This document shows, in pieces, positions 49,101-52,812 of a stretch of DNA of 52,812 nt (its first letter is position 1; each line of letters opens with the position of its first letter). The notes beneath the pieces are model-generated. The model made no database searches and was not told the DNA's origin. It worked only from the letters and a program-made list of their open reading frames with translations. The stretch is from Octopus sinensis (lineage: Eukaryota): NCBI RefSeq assembly GCF_006345805.1, contig NW_021833905.1:1-52812 (forward strand), in the 5' to 3' direction. The translations under genes and the position numbers were made by a program.

Positions 49101-50185
49101 CATACGTACGCGTATGCACATGTGTGTGTTTGTATGTGCATGCATGTGTGTGTAAACATATATATATATAATATATATATTATATATATATATATATATG
49201 ATGTGTTGTGTGTGTGTGTGTGCATATTGTATACACATGTATGTATACATTCATATAAGGCAGTAGATGGATCTATAGCATAAATGCAATTACGACGGGA
49301 AAGTCACGTGCACAAACACATCGCGAGCAATACTCAGACTAGAGGCCAAATCTCTCTCTCTCTCTATATATATATATATAAATATATATATATTATATAT
49401 ATATATATATATATATTCTATATATATATATATAATATATGCATGTATATATATAATATACACACACACACACATATATTATATATATATATACACACAC
49501 ATACAGAGTGATATCTGCTATGGATGGTTAATATTTAACAGCAATGGCCGTTAGCATTTTTCGTAGGCATACATACATGCATGTCAAGTACTGACGAACA
49601 TAGCAAGCGGTACTTGGAGCAAGAACAACACAGGCTGTAACATATTTTTACAGGCATGAAATTCTATAAACTATAAGAGACATCCAAAGTCTCAAATCTC
49701 ATTCACATGTGCTTCTCATATAAAAAGAATATTTAGTCAGAGAGCCGAAGCAAAAACAAACAGAAGAGTATATTGCAGGAAGGCTTTAGCACTTAATTCA
49801 ATTAAATAGAATAATATAGCGTCGTCGAGGTCCACTGTGTAAGATCTTCACTTGCAGTACCAAAAATACCCTGAGTGACAGCGCCGGGATCCAAATGTGT
49901 GTGTGTATGTGTGTGCGTGTGTGTGTGTGTGTACAATTGAAATGCAGAAGAACTCTCTCTAGACATAATATATACATATATATATGATATATTATATATA
50001 TATATATATATATATACATATATACATATATACAACACACACAGACATACATATATATATAATATATATATAAACACATAGATATATAGATAGATAGAGA
50101 GATAGATATATAGAAAGACAGAGACATAGATACATACATACATACATACATACATACATACATACATACATACATACATACATAA

Positions 50186-50241
<56 letters not shown>

Positions 50242-51069
50242 GCATACGCGTACAAATATATGCAAATATCGAAACCTATACATGTCGACAATACAAATGT
50301 CAGAAACGTTAATACGTATTTCAATCAAAGCGATTTGATTTGGTTTTCAAGAAAAGGAAAAGTAAACAAAAACAAGTTTAAGATACGTATGACAAACAAG
50401 TTTACGTATATATGTATATGTATGCATGCACGTATGTTTATATGTATCTCTGTATGTATGTATGTAGGTATATAGATAGATACATATGTGAGTATATTTG
50501 TTTTGTGTTGGTGATCACGTGTGTGATACGTAAGGGTATAGATGTAGGCATTCGCCGACAAACTGTACATTTCAGTCACGTTCGAGTTTATGAGTCTCGT
50601 ATTCGTGGAGAAAGGAGAAGTTTCATGGCAAACTAAACACAAAAACAAGTGCATTAGGTGTTGCGGTTGTTTATGGCGCTGTTTACACACCTATTACATT
50701 AGCAAGCTTTCGTAACTAGCTTTTCCCTATCTATCGATAAATGTGAGTTTATTGTGTGTGTGTCTGTGTGTGAGTGTGTGTGCGTTGATGTTGATGTGGT
50801 TGTGGTTGTAGTTTTCCTGTATGTGTGAGTGCGGCGTGTATGTGTGCGTCCTGCAATATGATTTAGCCGAGCAGCTAATGGCCTAAATGGAATTGGCAGC
50901 AAGGTTAAAATGGAAGCAAAGTGATGCTTGAGAACTGCACACGACCCGTCTGCACAACACACACACATACGCGCGCACGCACGCACACACACACACACAC
51001 ATATGCACTTATTTTACAAACACATGGCCAAAGAGCTATATGCAGACACATGCACTCGCAGACACCGTT

Positions 51070-51176
51070 GACTAATATATATATATATACATATATATGT
51101 ATGTATATATGTATATATATATATATATATGTATATATAATACATAAGTCTCTAATAATATTTTATATATATATAT

Positions 51177-51213
<37 letters not shown>

Positions 51214-51233
51214 GTATGTATATATATATATAT

Positions 51234-51265
<32 letters not shown>

Positions 51266-51569
51266 GCATATGTATATGCATAAAATATTATATGTATATG
51301 TATATGTATATATATATATGTATATATATATATGTATATGTATATGTACTTATATATATATGTATATGTATATGTATATATGTATATGTATGGTTATATG
51401 TATATAATATAAATATATATATTATATGTATATGTATATATATGTAATATATATTATAGTATAGATATATATGTAAAATATATATATATATATATATATT
51501 ATATATTAAATATAAACTTATACATATATATATATTTATGCATATACATATGCATATATATATATATAC

Positions 51570-51613
<44 letters not shown>

Positions 51614-51618
51614 CATAC

Positions 51619-51649
<31 letters not shown>

Positions 51650-51830
51650 CTATATGTATATATATATATGTAAATAATATATATATATATATATGTATAT
51701 GTATATATATATATATGTATAGGTATATATATATATGTATATCTATATATATATATATGTATATGTATATATATATGTGTGTGTGTGTGTATGTATGTGT
51801 GTGTGTGTGTTAGTGTGTAGGTATGTATAT
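51070..51830. repeat. Long (TA)n/(TATG)n block
   Basis: Direct inspection. Confidence 0.95.
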
Positions 51831-52239
51831 GTACGTTCACGCACACAGACACATGTACACGTATAGTTGTACTCGCAGATCGACACACACACACACATAC
51901 ATAGTCTCATAGCCTTTCACCAATTGCTTTAAGTTTATGGAACTGGTGTCTTTTTTCCCAGTTAACAGAGGAATTAGTAGAATCGGGGAACTGAAAGGCA
52001 AAAACATATAAATGAAATAAAGAAACCATCGACTGATATCAAAGCATGCTCTTTGTGAAATCAAGATATATTTGTAATCAAAATATAAACAAAAGAAGAT
52101 CGTGGGGCGGAGGGTAACATGATCAGTTTTCATCTAAGAGATTTCGTTTTAGTCATTTCTTAAGTGTTGAGCGAGTTCGAAGAGATAAAGATGTCGTTTA
52201 ACGGAGAGAAAACAACAAAAGCCATGATTAATGTAAAAT

Positions 52240-52640
52240 GAAATAACTCGAAAATGGCGACTGTCTGCGCTTGGTGATTCTCAAGGGCGGAAGGGTAGCG
52301 CAAACGCATTCAAGCAGTGGAGAAAACAAATGTTTTTAGAGTAATAGATAGGACAACTTACTGTATCGTCTAGGACAAGTAATCTTATCGCATATGTAAA
52401 TTCGTTCGAATACATATGCAGTTGTCCAGCCACACATCTATACGCACACATATATACATACACAGAGGTAATGACGTAAACACACTTACCTATACATATA
52501 TGGACATACACGTATTCTGACACGAAATATAAACGGAAAGAACAAGAGATGATAGATAATCTCCCTTTGGCCGTTCCGCTTTCCCGGTCTGTCTTTCTCT
52601 CGATTCGCTACTTCTTCTACTATCGAAACCGGTTAAGATC
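52240..52640. promoter_or_regulatory. Candidate promoter-like island
   Basis: AAAATGGCG (YY1-like, 52251-52259), GGGCGGAAG (GC-box/ETS-like, 52285-52293), TTCCG motifs near 52575 and locally frequent CpG. Confidence 0.25.
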
Positions 52641-52684
52641 ACATTTCGTAAGACTTTTATCTACGGATTGGATTTCAATAGGTA

Positions 52685-52741
52685 GACATATAGATAGATT
52701 GATAGATAGGCAGCTTGACAGATAGATAGATAGATAGATAG

Positions 52742-52812
<71 letters not shown>
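52685..52812. repeat. (TAGA)n microsatellite running off the window end
   Basis: Direct inspection. Confidence 0.97.

Noticed and set aside
49586-49618. CAAGTA-CTGACGA…TACTTG hairpin with a hammerhead-like core
   Set aside because: No GAAA and no NUH triplet between the arms.
296-52523. Most ORF-track entries (YIYI, LSIY, CVCV, THTH, poly-Y/T/S/K peptides)
   Set aside because: They are translations of microsatellites, which lack stops in some frames; no domain content.

Overview
AT-rich, extremely microsatellite-rich animal genomic DNA, probably intronic or intergenic. The tRNA-derived SINE families and compound (TA)/(TCTA)/(TACA) arrays match what I recognise from octopus genomes, so a coleoid cephalopod (probably Octopus) is inferred, not proven. 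No intact protein-coding gene can be supported, and almost all ORF-track entries are microsatellite or SINE read-through artefacts. The window holds about 25 SINE copies from 4-5 families, LINE relics (CR1/L2-like, Tx1-like, two RTE-like, one HERO-like), a decayed Tc1 with DD36E spacing, a DD34D mariner, a non-autonomous Helitron and two long foldback elements. The most interesting signals are: (i) several hammerhead-ribozyme-like folds (835-878, 27884-27933, and a hammerhead core in the loop of the 9965-10266 foldback); (ii) a head-to-tail SINE multimer joined twice at the same nucleotide of the tRNA-like arm; (iii) a covarying two-hairpin RNA module shared by two otherwise different SINE families; (iv) a near-perfect 289-bp palindrome; (v) the DD36E transposon. 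All family names are from recognition of motifs, not database searches.
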